A DNA stretch of 64,000 nucleotides from Gammaproteobacteria bacterium (GTDB lineage: Bacteria > Pseudomonadota > Gammaproteobacteria > GCA-002705445 > GCA-002716945), in the NCBI GenBank assembly GCA_002698665.1, contig NZZP01000036.1, forward strand, positions 5,125 to 69,124, given 5' to 3'. The translations under genes and the position numbers were made by a program. Within the stretch, counting starts at the first letter, position 1, and each line of letters opens with the position of its first letter. Below the pieces are notes generated by a model, which worked only from the letters and a program-made list of their open reading frames with translations, made no database searches and had not been told where the DNA came from. Of the stretch, positions 54,815 to 64,000 are shown piece by piece.

Positions 54815-55114
54815 ATGACTATTACTAAAAACTCACTTGTAGAAATCATACATAATGAGGTTGGCCTCAATAAGAGGGAAGCAAAAGAGTTTATTGAGGA
54901 ATTCTTTGAGATGATTAAATCAACATTGGAGGAAGGTAATGATATTAAATTCTCTGGGTTTGGTAATTTTATACTCAGAGATAAAGTTGCTAGGCCAGGA
55001 AGAAATCCTAAAACAGGAGAAGAGGTTGTTATATCAGAACGGCGTGTAGTCACATTTAAGTCAGGGCTGAAGCTTAAAAATAAATTAGAAGCTTATGATG
55101 GAAAATCAGAATAA
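54815..55114 (+). CDS. ihfA: Integration host factor alpha
   Basis: [26 protein letters not shown]; follows pheT. Confidence 0.96.
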   Translation: MTITKNSLVEIIHNEVGLNKREAKEFIEEFFEMIKSTLEEGNDIKFSGFGNFILRDKVARPGRNPKTGEEVVISERRVVTFKSGLKLKNKLEAYDGKSE

Positions 55115-55454
55115 TAATATTTCGATTGATATACCTAATAAGAGGTATTTTACTATTGGTGAAGCCTCTAAAATCTGTAGAATAAAACCTCATGTGCTGA
55201 GATATTGGGAACAAGAATTTAAGGAATTAGAACCGATAAAGAGAAAAGGAAATAGGAGATACTATCAACAAAGAGACATTCTCTTGGTACTTCAAATTCG
55301 TGATCTTTTACAAAACCAGGGTTATACCATAGACGGTGCTAAAAACATGCTCAATAAGCCTCTTAACAAAACATCTACTTCAACAAATAACAAACAAGTT
55401 ATTTCACAAATCAAATCAGACCTTGAGAAGATTATTTCTATTTTAAAAAGATAA
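55095..55454 (+). CDS. MerR-family transcriptional regulator (ihfA-linked)
   Basis: [35 protein letters not shown]. Confidence 0.92.
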   Translation: MMENQNNNISIDIPNKRYFTIGEASKICRIKPHVLRYWEQEFKELEPIKRKGNRRYYQQRDILLVLQIRDLLQNQGYTIDGAKNMLNKPLNKTSTSTNNKQVISQIKSDLEKIISILKR

Positions 55455-55456
55455 TA

Positions 55457-56092
55457 ATGATTTCGGCATTTAAAGAAAAATACCGATACTCAAAATATCA
55501 TATTAATAAAGTTGATGGACTGAGATATTACTCTATTTCAGAGAATTTAAACGTTCCAAGTGTTACTAGTATATTGAAAAAGACAAGCTCTGATAAATGG
55601 TATGAGTCATTGCATGTTTCTGACTCAATTGAGATTGGTAATTATATGCATACTTATTTAAATCACTATATCTCAAAAAATAATGATTTTGTTATTGAAT
55701 CTAAGAATTATTCAATTGCAAAAAAGTTAGCTCAAATTGTTATTGATAATCTAATAGTAGAGCTTGATGAAGTATGGGGGTCTGAGGCCACAGTTCTTTA
55801 TAAAGAACAATATGCCGGCACTATTGATCTTATTGGGGTAATTGATGGTAAGGTTACATTAATTGATTACAAATCATCTTATAGGAGAAAAAATGAAAAT
55901 GAGATCAATGAATACTTTTTGCAGCTAGCGGCATATGCATTAGCTCATGACTGGCAATACCATACCAAAATTGAATCAATTATAGTATTCTTAGCTATAA
56001 GAAATGGTGATTTTGAAAAAATTATAATTAATGATGAATTATATAAATATAAAGAAAAATGGTTAAGTAGGCTCGAAGAGTTTTTAGGGTAG
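55457..56092 (+). CDS. PD-(D/E)xK exonuclease, phage-type / MGME1-like
   Basis: R.Y......PSVTSIL, G..MH, SE..V, YAGTIDL, IDYKS, YFLQLAAYALAH. Confidence 0.8.
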   Translation: MISAFKEKYRYSKYHINKVDGLRYYSISENLNVPSVTSILKKTSSDKWYESLHVSDSIEIGNYMHTYLNHYISKNNDFVIESKNYSIAKKLAQIVIDNLIVELDEVWGSEATVLYKEQYAGTIDLIGVIDGKVTLIDYKSSYRRKNENEINEYFLQLAAYALAHDWQYHTKIESIIVFLAIRNGDFEKIIINDELYKYKEKWLSRLEEFLG

Positions 56093-56102
56093 TATTATAA
56101 AA

Positions 56103-57213
56103 ATGATTAATTTAGAAGATATGTTAGAACAAACTAAAGATTTCGCTAAAAGGCTTTCCGAAATCCGGAGGTTAGTTTGACTATGATGGTATAAGGTCTC
56201 GTATTGACAATCTAAACACAGATTTGTCATCTGAAGAGATATGGTCAAATAAATATAAAATGTTAGAGTTACAGAGGGAGTTAAAAAACCAGCAAAACAT
56301 CTTAAAAAATATTTCTGATATTCAGAGTAATATTGAACTCGTTGAATATACTATTAAGTCTCTTATTGATGAAAATCAATTGGATAATAATGATGATATT
56401 ATTAACGAAATGCGTGATATATCAAAACATCTTTCTAAAGACATTGTTTGTATCGAAACAACACTGCTATTTAAAAATAAAGAAGACTTCTATGATGCCT
56501 ATATTGATATTCAGTCAGGGTCTGGTGGCACAGAAGCACAAGATTGGGTTTCAATGCTACTTAGAATGTATACACGCTGGCTAGATAACAAAGGTTTTAA
56601 ACATGATATTATAGATCTTTCTGAGGGTGAGATAGCTGGTTATAAGAGTGTAACAATTAAAGTTATAGGTGATTATGCATATGGTTGGCTGAGAACAGAA
56701 ACAGGAGTACACCGTCTAGTCAGAAAATCTCCATTTGATTCGGGGAGCAGGAGACATACCTCATTTGCATCAGTGTTCGTTTATCCACAGATTAACGAAG
56801 ATATTGAGGTGAGTATCAACCCTACTGATTTAAGAATTGATGTTTACAGAGCAAGTGGCGCAGGTGGTCAACATGTAAACACTACTGAGTCAGCAGTTAG
56901 AATTACTCATATCCCTAGTAAGATTGTTACTCAATGCCAGAATGATAGATCTCAACACAAAAATAAAGAAAGCGCTATGAAACAATTACGTGCTAAACTA
57001 TATTTATATGAACTTAATAAACAGAATGAAATAAAAAACAAAGTTGAATCAGAAAAATCAGATATTTCATGGGGTAATCAAATTAGGTCATATATATTAG
57101 ATGACTCAAGAATAAAAGACCTACGAACTAAACATGAAACAGGTAATATTCAAGCTATATTGGATGGTGATCTGGATGAATTTATAGAAAAAAGTTTAAA
57201 AGAAGGACTATAA
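56103..57213 (+). CDS. prfB: Peptide chain release factor 2 (+1 programmed frameshift after codon 25)
   Basis: ATG at 56103 with an in-frame TGA at codon 26; the +1 frame continues DYDGIRSRI... into the ORF carrying the SPF and GGQ motifs; followed by lysS. Confidence 0.95.
56167..56181 (+). promoter_or_regulatory. prfB programmed +1 frameshift cassette, variant GTT-TGA-C
   Basis: Internal SD GGAGG, 3-nt spacer TTA, then GTT TGA C. Confidence 0.85.
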
Positions 57214-58685
57214 TGGCAGAAGAAAACAAATTAATTACAGAAAGAAGAAAGAAACTAGAGGAAATCAAAAAAAAATATAAACCTTATCCAAATAGTTTTA
57301 AAAAAGTTGATAACACTGCCTCACTTATAGATCAATATAGCGATAATGATAAAGAAAGCCTTGAAAAAAAATCTGTTAATGTTTCTATATCAGGTCGACT
57401 ATTAACTATTAGGAATATGGGAAGTTCATCTTTTGCTAACCTCCATGACGAATATGGAGATATTCAAATTTACTTACAAAAAAAACAAATTGGTGATGAC
57501 AGTTATGAGTTATTCAAAAATTTAGATCTTGGTGATGTTGTAGGAATACAAGGTAAACTCTTTAAAACCAAAACAGGTGAGTTGACTATCAATACAAGTT
57601 TTATCCAACTTTTATCTAAATCACTTAGACCATTGCCTGAAAAGTTCCATGGCATTGCTGATATTGAGATTAAATATAGACAGCGATATTTGGATTTAAT
57701 GATAAATCCAGAAACTAAAAACTTATTTAAACTAAGGTCTAATATTATTTCGACTATACGTAACTATTTTATAAATGATGACTATTTGGAAGTAGAGACA
57801 CCTATGATGCATATGATACCAGGTGGAGCGACTGCAAAGCCATTTGTAACACATCATAATTCTTTAGATCTTGATTTATACTTACGGATAGCACCAGAGT
57901 TATTTCTAAAACGATGCATTATAGGTGGTTATGAAAAAGTATTTGAAATTAATAGAAGTTTTAGAAATGAAGGTTTGTCTGTAAAGCATAATCCAGAATT
58001 CACGATGATTGAATTTTATTGTGCTTATGAAGATTATAATTACTTAATGAAATTTATTGAAAGACTATTTGATAGATTACTACATCAACATGAGATTGAT
58101 AAAGTCATTAATTATCAAAATTATCAGGTGAATCTAAAAACTCCATTTACTAAAATAAAATTTTACGATGCGATTCAGAAATATGTTACTGGGATTAATT
58201 CAACAAAAATTAACGATATTGACTATCTTGAAAAATTTTGCTCGTCACATGAAATAACTTTAAGAGATAAATCTTCTTTGATTGATATACATCTCGATAT
58301 ATTTGAAAAGATTGTAGAGAAAAAGCTAATAGATGCAACATTTGTTACACATTATCCTACAAAGATTTCACCTTTATCTAGAAGTTTTGATGATAACCCT
58401 GACTTAGTTGAAAGATTTGAATTATTCATTGCTGGTAGAGAAATTGCAAATGGATTTTCTGAACTTAATGATCCACAAGAACAATCAAATAGATTCAAGT
58501 TGCAAGTAGAATCGAGTACTGATGATAAAATGAGTTATGACGAAGACTTTATAACAGCTCTTGAGTATGGAATGCCTCCTACAGCGGGTGCTGGGATAGG
58601 TATCGACAGACTTATTATGTTGTTAACTGATTCCCAATCAATAAGAGATGTTCTATTATTCCCTCATATGAAACCTAAAAAATAA
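57213..58685 (+). CDS. lysS: Lysine-tRNA ligase (class II)
   Basis: YRQRYLDL, GGATAKPF, LRIAPEL, FRNEG, HNPEFT, YGMPP.AG.GIGIDR. Confidence 0.99.
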   Translation: MAEENKLITERRKKLEEIKKKYKPYPNSFKKVDNTASLIDQYSDNDKESLEKKSVNVSISGRLLTIRNMGSSSFANLHDEYGDIQIYLQKKQIGDDSYELFKNLDLGDVVGIQGKLFKTKTGELTINTSFIQLLSKSLRPLPEKFHGIADIEIKYRQRYLDLMINPETKNLFKLRSNIISTIRNYFINDDYLEVETPMMHMIPGGATAKPFVTHHNSLDLDLYLRIAPELFLKRCIIGGYEKVFEINRSFRNEGLSVKHNPEFTMIEFYCAYEDYNYLMKFIERLFDRLLHQHEIDKVINYQNYQVNLKTPFTKIKFYDAIQKYVTGINSTKINDIDYLEKFCSSHEITLRDKSSLIDIHLDIFEKIVEKKLIDATFVTHYPTKISPLSRSFDDNPDLVERFELFIAGREIANGFSELNDPQEQSNRFKLQVESSTDDKMSYDEDFITALEYGMPPTAGAGIGIDRLIMLLTDSQSIRDVLLFPHMKPKK

Positions 58686-58905
58686 TACTCTTAAGTTTTT
58701 TAATAGCATCATCAAGATTTGAGAAAGTATATGGATCAACATTATTGTATTCATAAATATTAATATATTTATTTATAACAATATAGATTTCAGATTCATC
58801 TAAATAGACTCTTATTTCGTTACATATTGATTGATACTCATAACCAGACTCTTGTATACATAATTCTAACTCAGATAGTATATGATACTTATCTTTTAGC
58901 ATCAC
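58675..58905 (-). CDS. Hypothetical small protein downstream of purB
   Basis: 76-aa ORF filling the lysS-purB gap; its start overlaps the purB 3' end; no recognisable motif. Confidence 0.45.
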   Translation of the reverse strand: MMLKDKYHILSELELCIQESGYEYQSICNEIRVYLDESEIYIVINKYINIYEYNNVDPYTFSNLDDAIKKLKSIIF

Positions 58906-60256
58906 AGAGATCTATTGCATACCCAATATAGTTTCTTGGTGAGAGTAAGAGTAATTTATCTTTTTCTGATTCAGGAATTTTTAATGATAGAATTAATTCA
59001 TGCATCATTTTTTTTGTTACAGATTGACCCCTAGTTTTATTTTTTAATAACTCATAAGAATTAGAAATATTATATTTCCTAGCTATCATTTGAATAGGTT
59101 CAGCTAAAAGTTCCCAACTATTATCAATATCATCATTAATTTTATTTTTATTAATTTTAAGCTTATTTAATCCTAATATAAGATTTTCATAGGCTAAGAA
59201 AGAGTAACTAAAACCAACACCTAAATTTCTCATAACTGTAGAATCTGAAAGATCTCTTTGAAGTCTAGAGATAGTCAATTTCTCAGATAAAAATCTTAAC
59301 ATACTATTTGCTAGTCCTAAATTGCCTTCTGCGTTTTCGAAGTTTATTGGATTGATCTTATGCGGCATTGTTGATGAACCAATTTCTCCTGAAATATTTT
59401 TTTGTATGAAATAGTTTTTAGATATATATGTCCACATATCTTGTGAAAATCCAATCAATACAGAATTTAGATGCGATAACATGTTATTTATTTCACATAT
59501 GTAGTCATGAGGCTCAATTTGGGTAGTATAATTATTTTGAGAGATACCTAAATTATTTATAAACTTCTTATTTATTATAGGCCAGTTTAGATTTGGAAAG
59601 GTTGTTTTATGAGCTGAATAATTACCAGTTGCACCATTGAACTTTCCCTCTATATTTATACTTTCTAGTTTACTAGATAGTTTATTCAATCGATGATAGA
59701 AATTTAGAAATTCTTTTCCCATTGTTGTTGGAGTAGCTGGCTGACCATGAGTATGTGACAGCATTACATCTTTAGAATATTTTCTAATATTCTTATTCAT
59801 TATTTTCTTCAAATCATTAATTTTATTCAAAATAATATCTCTTCCTTGTGTCATTATTAGAGCATAAGCAAGATTATTAATATCTTCTGAAGTGCAACAA
59901 ATATGAATGTATTCTTTATATTTTTTTAAACTAGTAGATTTATCAAATTTAGATTTGAGAAAATATTCAACTGCTTTAACGTCATGTTTTGTTGTTTTTT
60001 CATAATTTTTAATAATCTTTGCATCAGTTATGCTGAATTTATTTATGATGTTATTTAGGAATTTTTTATCTTTACTAGTTAGTTTTGGTATTCTAGATAT
60101 TTTATTTAGTTCTGACAAATATATAAACCATCTAACTTCAATTTGGACACGATATTTGATTAAGCTATACTCAGAAAAGATAGTTCCTATATCTTTACAA
60201 ATTGCTGAATATCTTCCATCTAATGGAGAGATTGAGAGTAAATCATCTTTTTTCAT
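58889..60256 (-). CDS. purB: Adenylosuccinate lyase
   Basis: ISPLDGRY, HDVKAVEY, TSEDINN, THGQPATPTT, GSSTMPHKINPI.FENAEGN. Confidence 0.98.
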   Translation of the reverse strand: MKKDDLLSISPLDGRYSAICKDIGTIFSEYSLIKYRVQIEVRWFIYLSELNKISRIPKLTSKDKKFLNNIINKFSITDAKIIKNYEKTTKHDVKAVEYFLKSKFDKSTSLKKYKEYIHICCTSEDINNLAYALIMTQGRDIILNKINDLKKIMNKNIRKYSKDVMLSHTHGQPATPTTMGKEFLNFYHRLNKLSSKLESINIEGKFNGATGNYSAHKTTFPNLNWPIINKKFINNLGISQNNYTTQIEPHDYICEINNMLSHLNSVLIGFSQDMWTYISKNYFIQKNISGEIGSSTMPHKINPINFENAEGNLGLANSMLRFLSEKLTISRLQRDLSDSTVMRNLGVGFSYSFLAYENLILGLNKLKINKNKINDDIDNSWELLAEPIQMIARKYNISNSYELLKNKTRGQSVTKKMMHELILSLKIPESEKDKLLLLSPRNYIGYAIDLCDAKR

Positions 60257-60315
60257 ACCAACATTTATCTCAAAGATGTTATTATAGCATATAATAATTT
60301 AATATTAAAAATCAT

Positions 60316-61695
60316 ATGAAAAAAACTACATACAGAATAGAACAAGATTCCCTGGGTAAAGTCAAAGTACCTAAAAATGCTTTATATGGCGCTCAAACAC
60401 AACGAGCTATTGATAACTTTAAAATTAGTGCAGATGTTTTCCCGCCAGAATTCATTGAATGTTTATCTGCCCTAAAAGCTGCTTGTGCGATAAGTAATAA
60501 TAAACTTAAGTTATTATCTACTCGAAAAGCTAAGGCTATATACTCAAGCGCAATGAATATTAATATGAATATAGGGAAATATTTTGATCAGTTTCCAATT
60601 GATATATATCAAACAGGTTCTGGTACAAGCACGAATATGAATATGAATGAAGTATTATCAAATATAGTTTCTAAGAAACTCAAAGTAAGTATACATCCAA
60701 ATGATGATATTAATAAATCACAAAGCTCAAATGATGTTATTCCAAGTACGATAAATATCAGTAGCGTTTTACTAGCATTTGAATTAAATGATGCCCTCGA
60801 TTATTTAACTATGAGATTGATAGAGAAAGAGTTTGAATTAAAAGATATTATAAAATCTGGCAGAACTCATCTGATGGATGCTGTTCCTTTATCATTTGGC
60901 TATGAGATAGAGTCATGGCGAGAACAAGTGGCTCACTGCAATGACCCATTATTACGAAGTGCAGAAGAGCTCCAATATTTACCAATAGGTGGTACCGCTA
61001 TAGGAACTGGTTTAAATGCACCAAAGTCATTTGGAAAAACTGTATGTTTAGAACTTAATAAGATTTATTCAAAAACTGGAGTAAAGTTTTCTTCAAATCC
61101 TAATAAATCTGAAATGATAAGTTCTCAAAATCACATATTAACAATGAGTGGAGCATTACAACGAGCTTCAAGCTGTTTAACAAAAATCTCCAACGATTTA
61201 CGATGGATGAACAGCGGTCCAGTTTCCGGACTTTCCGAGATTACTCTGAAACCATTGCAGCCTGGCAGCAGTATAATGCCTGGTAAAATTAATCCTGTTA
61301 TTCCAGAAGCTGTTTTAATGGCAATGACTCAAGTTACTGGTAATCATAATGCAATTAACCTTGCATGCATTTCTGGAAATTTTCAGTTAAATACTATGCT
61401 TCCACTCCTGGCATTTAATATAATTAACTCTTTTAACTTGTTAATTAACTCTACATACTCCATTGCAGAAACTATAGACACATTTAATGTTAATATTGAG
61501 AAAATCGATGCTAATCTTGAGAGAAATCCAATAATAGCTACTAAACTTAACGAAGTGATTGGATACGATTTAGCTTCTAAAATTGTAAAAAAAGCATATG
61601 CAACTAATAGATCCATTATTGATATAACTGAAGAGATGACAGATTTATCTAAGAAACAAATCTTAAAGTTACTAAACCCAAAAAAGTTAATCTAG
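60316..61695 (+). CDS. fumC: Class II fumarate hydratase
   Basis: YGAQTQRA, QTGSGTSTNMN.NEV, GRTHLMDA, GSSIMPGKINP. Confidence 0.95.
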   Translation: MKKTTYRIEQDSLGKVKVPKNALYGAQTQRAIDNFKISADVFPPEFIECLSALKAACAISNNKLKLLSTRKAKAIYSSAMNINMNIGKYFDQFPIDIYQTGSGTSTNMNMNEVLSNIVSKKLKVSIHPNDDINKSQSSNDVIPSTINISSVLLAFELNDALDYLTMRLIEKEFELKDIIKSGRTHLMDAVPLSFGYEIESWREQVAHCNDPLLRSAEELQYLPIGGTAIGTGLNAPKSFGKTVCLELNKIYSKTGVKFSSNPNKSEMISSQNHILTMSGALQRASSCLTKISNDLRWMNSGPVSGLSEITLKPLQPGSSIMPGKINPVIPEAVLMAMTQVTGNHNAINLACISGNFQLNTMLPLLAFNIINSFNLLINSTYSIAETIDTFNVNIEKIDANLERNPIIATKLNEVIGYDLASKIVKKAYATNRSIIDITEEMTDLSKKQILKLLNPKKLI

Positions 61696-61699
61696 CTAA

Positions 61700-62419
61700 A
61701 TGATTGGTAGAAATATAAGTAATCTAATATTTATCAAATGGTTCATAGGTGTAATATTTTTTTTAATATTCATTTTTATATTAAATCATCTTGGTTTCCT
61801 GTATCCATTAATTAATAATGATGCGAGTTATATCACATCATTAATATTGTTGATTTTTATTTATTTTTCTATAAATGTTGGCATAGAACTATATCATTTA
61901 CGTGAGAGATATTTGAATATAAGTAATTTATTATCAGTCTCTAAAAATAAATCTAAAAAAGAAATAAATCTAATTTTACAGCAATTCTTAAATTCTAATC
62001 ATAGTGATGATCAATCTATATATACATATATTACTGCTAAAGAGAATAATGAGTCTTCAAAAGAAAATTTCGAATATTCACTTACATCAAAATTAAACAT
62101 TGGATGGTTAGTTGCAGATGGTTTATTAAAACTAGGTCTCATAGGAACAGTAATTGGCTTTATTATCATGTTATCAGCTATAACTGAAATTGATGGTTTT
62201 GATTTTACGATGATGAAAGATATGTTACAAAATATGAGTAAAGGTATGGAAGTTGCCCTATATACGACACTATCTGGACTCGTGAGTTCGGTCTTATTAT
62301 CTATGCAATACTCATATTTAGAGCATTATATATATAAAATATTTTATATGTCCAATTTATGCTTATCGAATTTTTTGCCTGAACCTATAAATATAAAAAA
62401 TGATGATGAAGAAATATAA
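61700..62419 (+). CDS. MotA/TolQ/ExbB-family proton channel (A subunit)
   Basis: Several TM helices with LGLIGTVIGF and GMEVALYTTLSGL channel motifs. Confidence 0.85.
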   Translation: MIGRNISNLIFIKWFIGVIFFLIFIFILNHLGFLYPLINNDASYITSLILLIFIYFSINVGIELYHLRERYLNISNLLSVSKNKSKKEINLILQQFLNSNHSDDQSIYTYITAKENNESSKENFEYSLTSKLNIGWLVADGLLKLGLIGTVIGFIIMLSAITEIDGFDFTMMKDMLQNMSKGMEVALYTTLSGLVSSVLLSMQYSYLEHYIYKIFYMSNLCLSNFLPEPINIKNDDEEI

Positions 62420-63005
62420 TAAATTTGATCCATTTACTGATTTGCTTTTTAATATATTACTAGCTTTTACTTTTTTATTTTTTATTACAATTTTATTCAT
62501 TAATCCCATTACAAAATTTGGAAATGTTAATATGAAAGCTGAATATATCATTACAGTGGACTGGAATGATAGTTTGCCTGATGATATTGATCTCTGGGTT
62601 AAAGACCCTAATGGAGAGATTGTATCATATCTAAAGAAAGATGCAGGATGGCTACACTTAGATAGAGATGATCAAGGGATTATTAATGATAAAGTTACAA
62701 TCGATGGCAAAGAAACTGTTTATCCTATTAACAGGGAGGTAGTAACTTTAAGAGGAATTATTCCTGGAAACTATGTTGTAAACTTATATATGTATGACAA
62801 TAAAAGCATGAAACCTGTAAATGCTAAAATAACTATTGAAAAAGTAAATCCAACATTAAAACTTGTCTTTTTTGATAATGTTGTCCTTAAGGATAAAGAT
62901 ACTGAATTAACTGTAGTTAAATTCAGATTAGATTCAACTGGAAACTTTAGCCATATTTACACTGATAATGAAATACTAACGCCATATGGTCTAGAGGGTA
63001 TATAG
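62400..63005 (+). CDS. Putative MotB/ExbD-like B subunit with a DUF2135/YfaP-like periplasmic domain
   Basis: N-terminal TM helix with an acidic residue (PFTDLLFNILL); DDIDLWVKDPNGE, LDRDD.G, NREVV, PGNYVVNL motifs. Confidence 0.6.
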   Translation: MMMKKYNKFDPFTDLLFNILLAFTFLFFITILFINPITKFGNVNMKAEYIITVDWNDSLPDDIDLWVKDPNGEIVSYLKKDAGWLHLDRDDQGIINDKVTIDGKETVYPINREVVTLRGIIPGNYVVNLYMYDNKSMKPVNAKITIEKVNPTLKLVFFDNVVLKDKDTELTVVKFRLDSTGNFSHIYTDNEILTPYGLEGI

Positions 63006-63445
63006 TGTTGGCTGAAATAATAATTATCATATTGACATTATTAATTATATTTACCTATCTTCTTTACTTATTATTCAAAAAAGAGTCTTTCAAAAAAATG
63101 ATTATTTTATCATCTTCAATATTTATTTTTTTTGTAATTACATTCAATAGTATGATTAATATTCTTGGATATCCTGTGGTTTCTAAATTACCTGAGAGAT
63201 TTGATTTACTATTTGTAAAAGTAATAAATAAAAATATTATTATATTAGTAAAAGACATTAACATAGATAAATATCCTAGATTGCATATACTGGACCATAG
63301 TATTTCTCTAGAAGATGAGTTTAAAAAAGCTTCATATGATTTAAAAGATGGTAAAAAAGTCATTGGTATAATTGATGAAAATATTTCCGATAATCATTAT
63401 GGAATCATATTTAAACCAATTAAAAGAAATATTCCTGCTAAATAA
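63005..63445 (+). CDS. Membrane-anchored hypothetical protein, third gene of the motor module
   Basis: Two hydrophobic helices, then LGYP...LP.RF.LL and a soluble domain; GTG start overlaps the upstream stop (TAGTG). Confidence 0.6.
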   Translation: MLAEIIIIILTLLIIFTYLLYLLFKKESFKKMIILSSSIFIFFVITFNSMINILGYPVVSKLPERFDLLFVKVINKNIIILVKDINIDKYPRLHILDHSISLEDEFKKASYDLKDGKKVIGIIDENISDNHYGIIFKPIKRNIPAK

Positions 63446-63503
63446 TATGAAAACTTCAACTTTTTTATGATAGAATATCCACAATTTTTTGAGAGATTAA
63501 AGC

Positions 63504-64000
63504 ATGGATTTTAAAAATCATCTAGTTGAATCAAGTGTAAAATATAATATTTTTGATATAAGTAAATCCAAAATATCTCATTTACCTTACTCCCTAAGGG
63601 TATTATTTGAGAATTATGTTAGAAATAATAAAACTATATCTGAAAAAATAATCAAGAAATTTGAATCTTGGGATGGCAGTATAGAAAATCAGACAGAATT
63701 AACCTTTTTCCCAAGTAGAGTAATCATGCAAGACTTTACTGGTGTTCCTGCTGTTGTTGATTTAGCTTCTATGAGAGATGCCGTTAGAGCATTAAACGGA
63801 GATCCAGCACTTATTAACCCACAATGTCAAACTGATTTAGTTATAGACCATTCTGTTATGGTTGATCACTATGGTGCTGCAGATTCAAAAGATCTCAATA
63901 CCAAACTAGAATATAAGAGAAACATCGAGAGATATAGACTACTTAAATGGGGTCAAAGTGCATTTAAAAATTTAAGAATAGTGCCACCTAATAATGGAAT
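63504..64000 (+). CDS. acnA: Aconitate hydratase A (5' part; runs off the window)
   Basis: Manual translation: LPYSLRVLFEN, PSRVIMQDFTGVPAVVDLASMR, DLVIDHSV, ERYRLLKWGQ. Confidence 0.95.
   Translation, partial: MDFKNHLVESSVKYNIFDISKSKISHLPYSLRVLFENYVRNNKTISEKIIKKFESWDGSIENQTELTFFPSRVIMQDFTGVPAVVDLASMRDAVRALNGDPALINPQCQTDLVIDHSVMVDHYGAADSKDLNTKLEYKRNIERYRLLKWGQSAFKNLRIVPPNNG

Noticed and set aside
55457-56092. Cas4 / CRISPR association of the nuclease
   Set aside because: The protein has no Fe-S cysteines, and no cas genes or repeat-spacer array are present in the window
56224-57213. RF2 starting at TTG 56224 as in the ORF track, or prfB as a pseudogene
   Set aside because: The upstream ATG (56103), internal SD and TGA-C shift site explain it as a programmed frameshift
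61700-63445. Zorya (ZorAB) defence system or flagellar stator
   Set aside because: The A subunit lacks the long ZorA cytoplasmic tail, the B subunit lacks an OmpA-like domain, and no zorC/D/E or flagellar genes are adjacent

Overview
This is a gene-dense, AT-rich (roughly 30% GC by eye) stretch of core chromosome from a streamlined, probably marine, gammaproteobacterium. It carries trimmed versions of classic proteobacterial clusters: queA-tgt-yajC-secDF; suhB/trmJ-iscRS-iscA-hscBA-fdx-iscX-ndk-hisS-yfgM-bamB-der; queF/smc-ligA; rne/rluC-sppA; nnrD-tsaE-miaA-hfq-hflKC-DUF2065-hisZ-purA-rlmB-rpsF-rpsR-rplI-dnaB; aspC/uvrB; thrS-infC-rpmI-rplT-pheST-ihfA-merR; prfB-lysS; purB/fumC...acnA. It also has three tRNA genes (Leu-CAA, Asn-GTT, Val-GAC) and a small methyltransferase/glycosyltransferase islet after tRNA-Asn. 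I saw no rRNA, CRISPR array, transposase or integrase. The most notable observations are: (1) an orphan three-gene MotA/TolQ/ExbB-type ion-motor module between fumC and acnA, whose B subunit has a non-canonical periplasmic domain; (2) an SMC that appears to lack the hinge domain; (3) a prfB +1 frameshift site reading GTT-TGA-C instead of CTT-TGA-C; (4) a phage-type/MGME1-like PD-(D/E)xK exonuclease in the usual recJ position upstream of prfB; (5) a half-size sulfur oxygenase reductase-like protein that keeps the Cys and 2-His-1-Glu residues; (6) an ISC operon without iscU; (7) a catalytically degenerate SuhB; (8) domain-deleted PheT and Nnr; (9) ATA start codons, one for a gene missing from the ORF track. 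All family calls come from recognising motifs by eye. No database searches were run.
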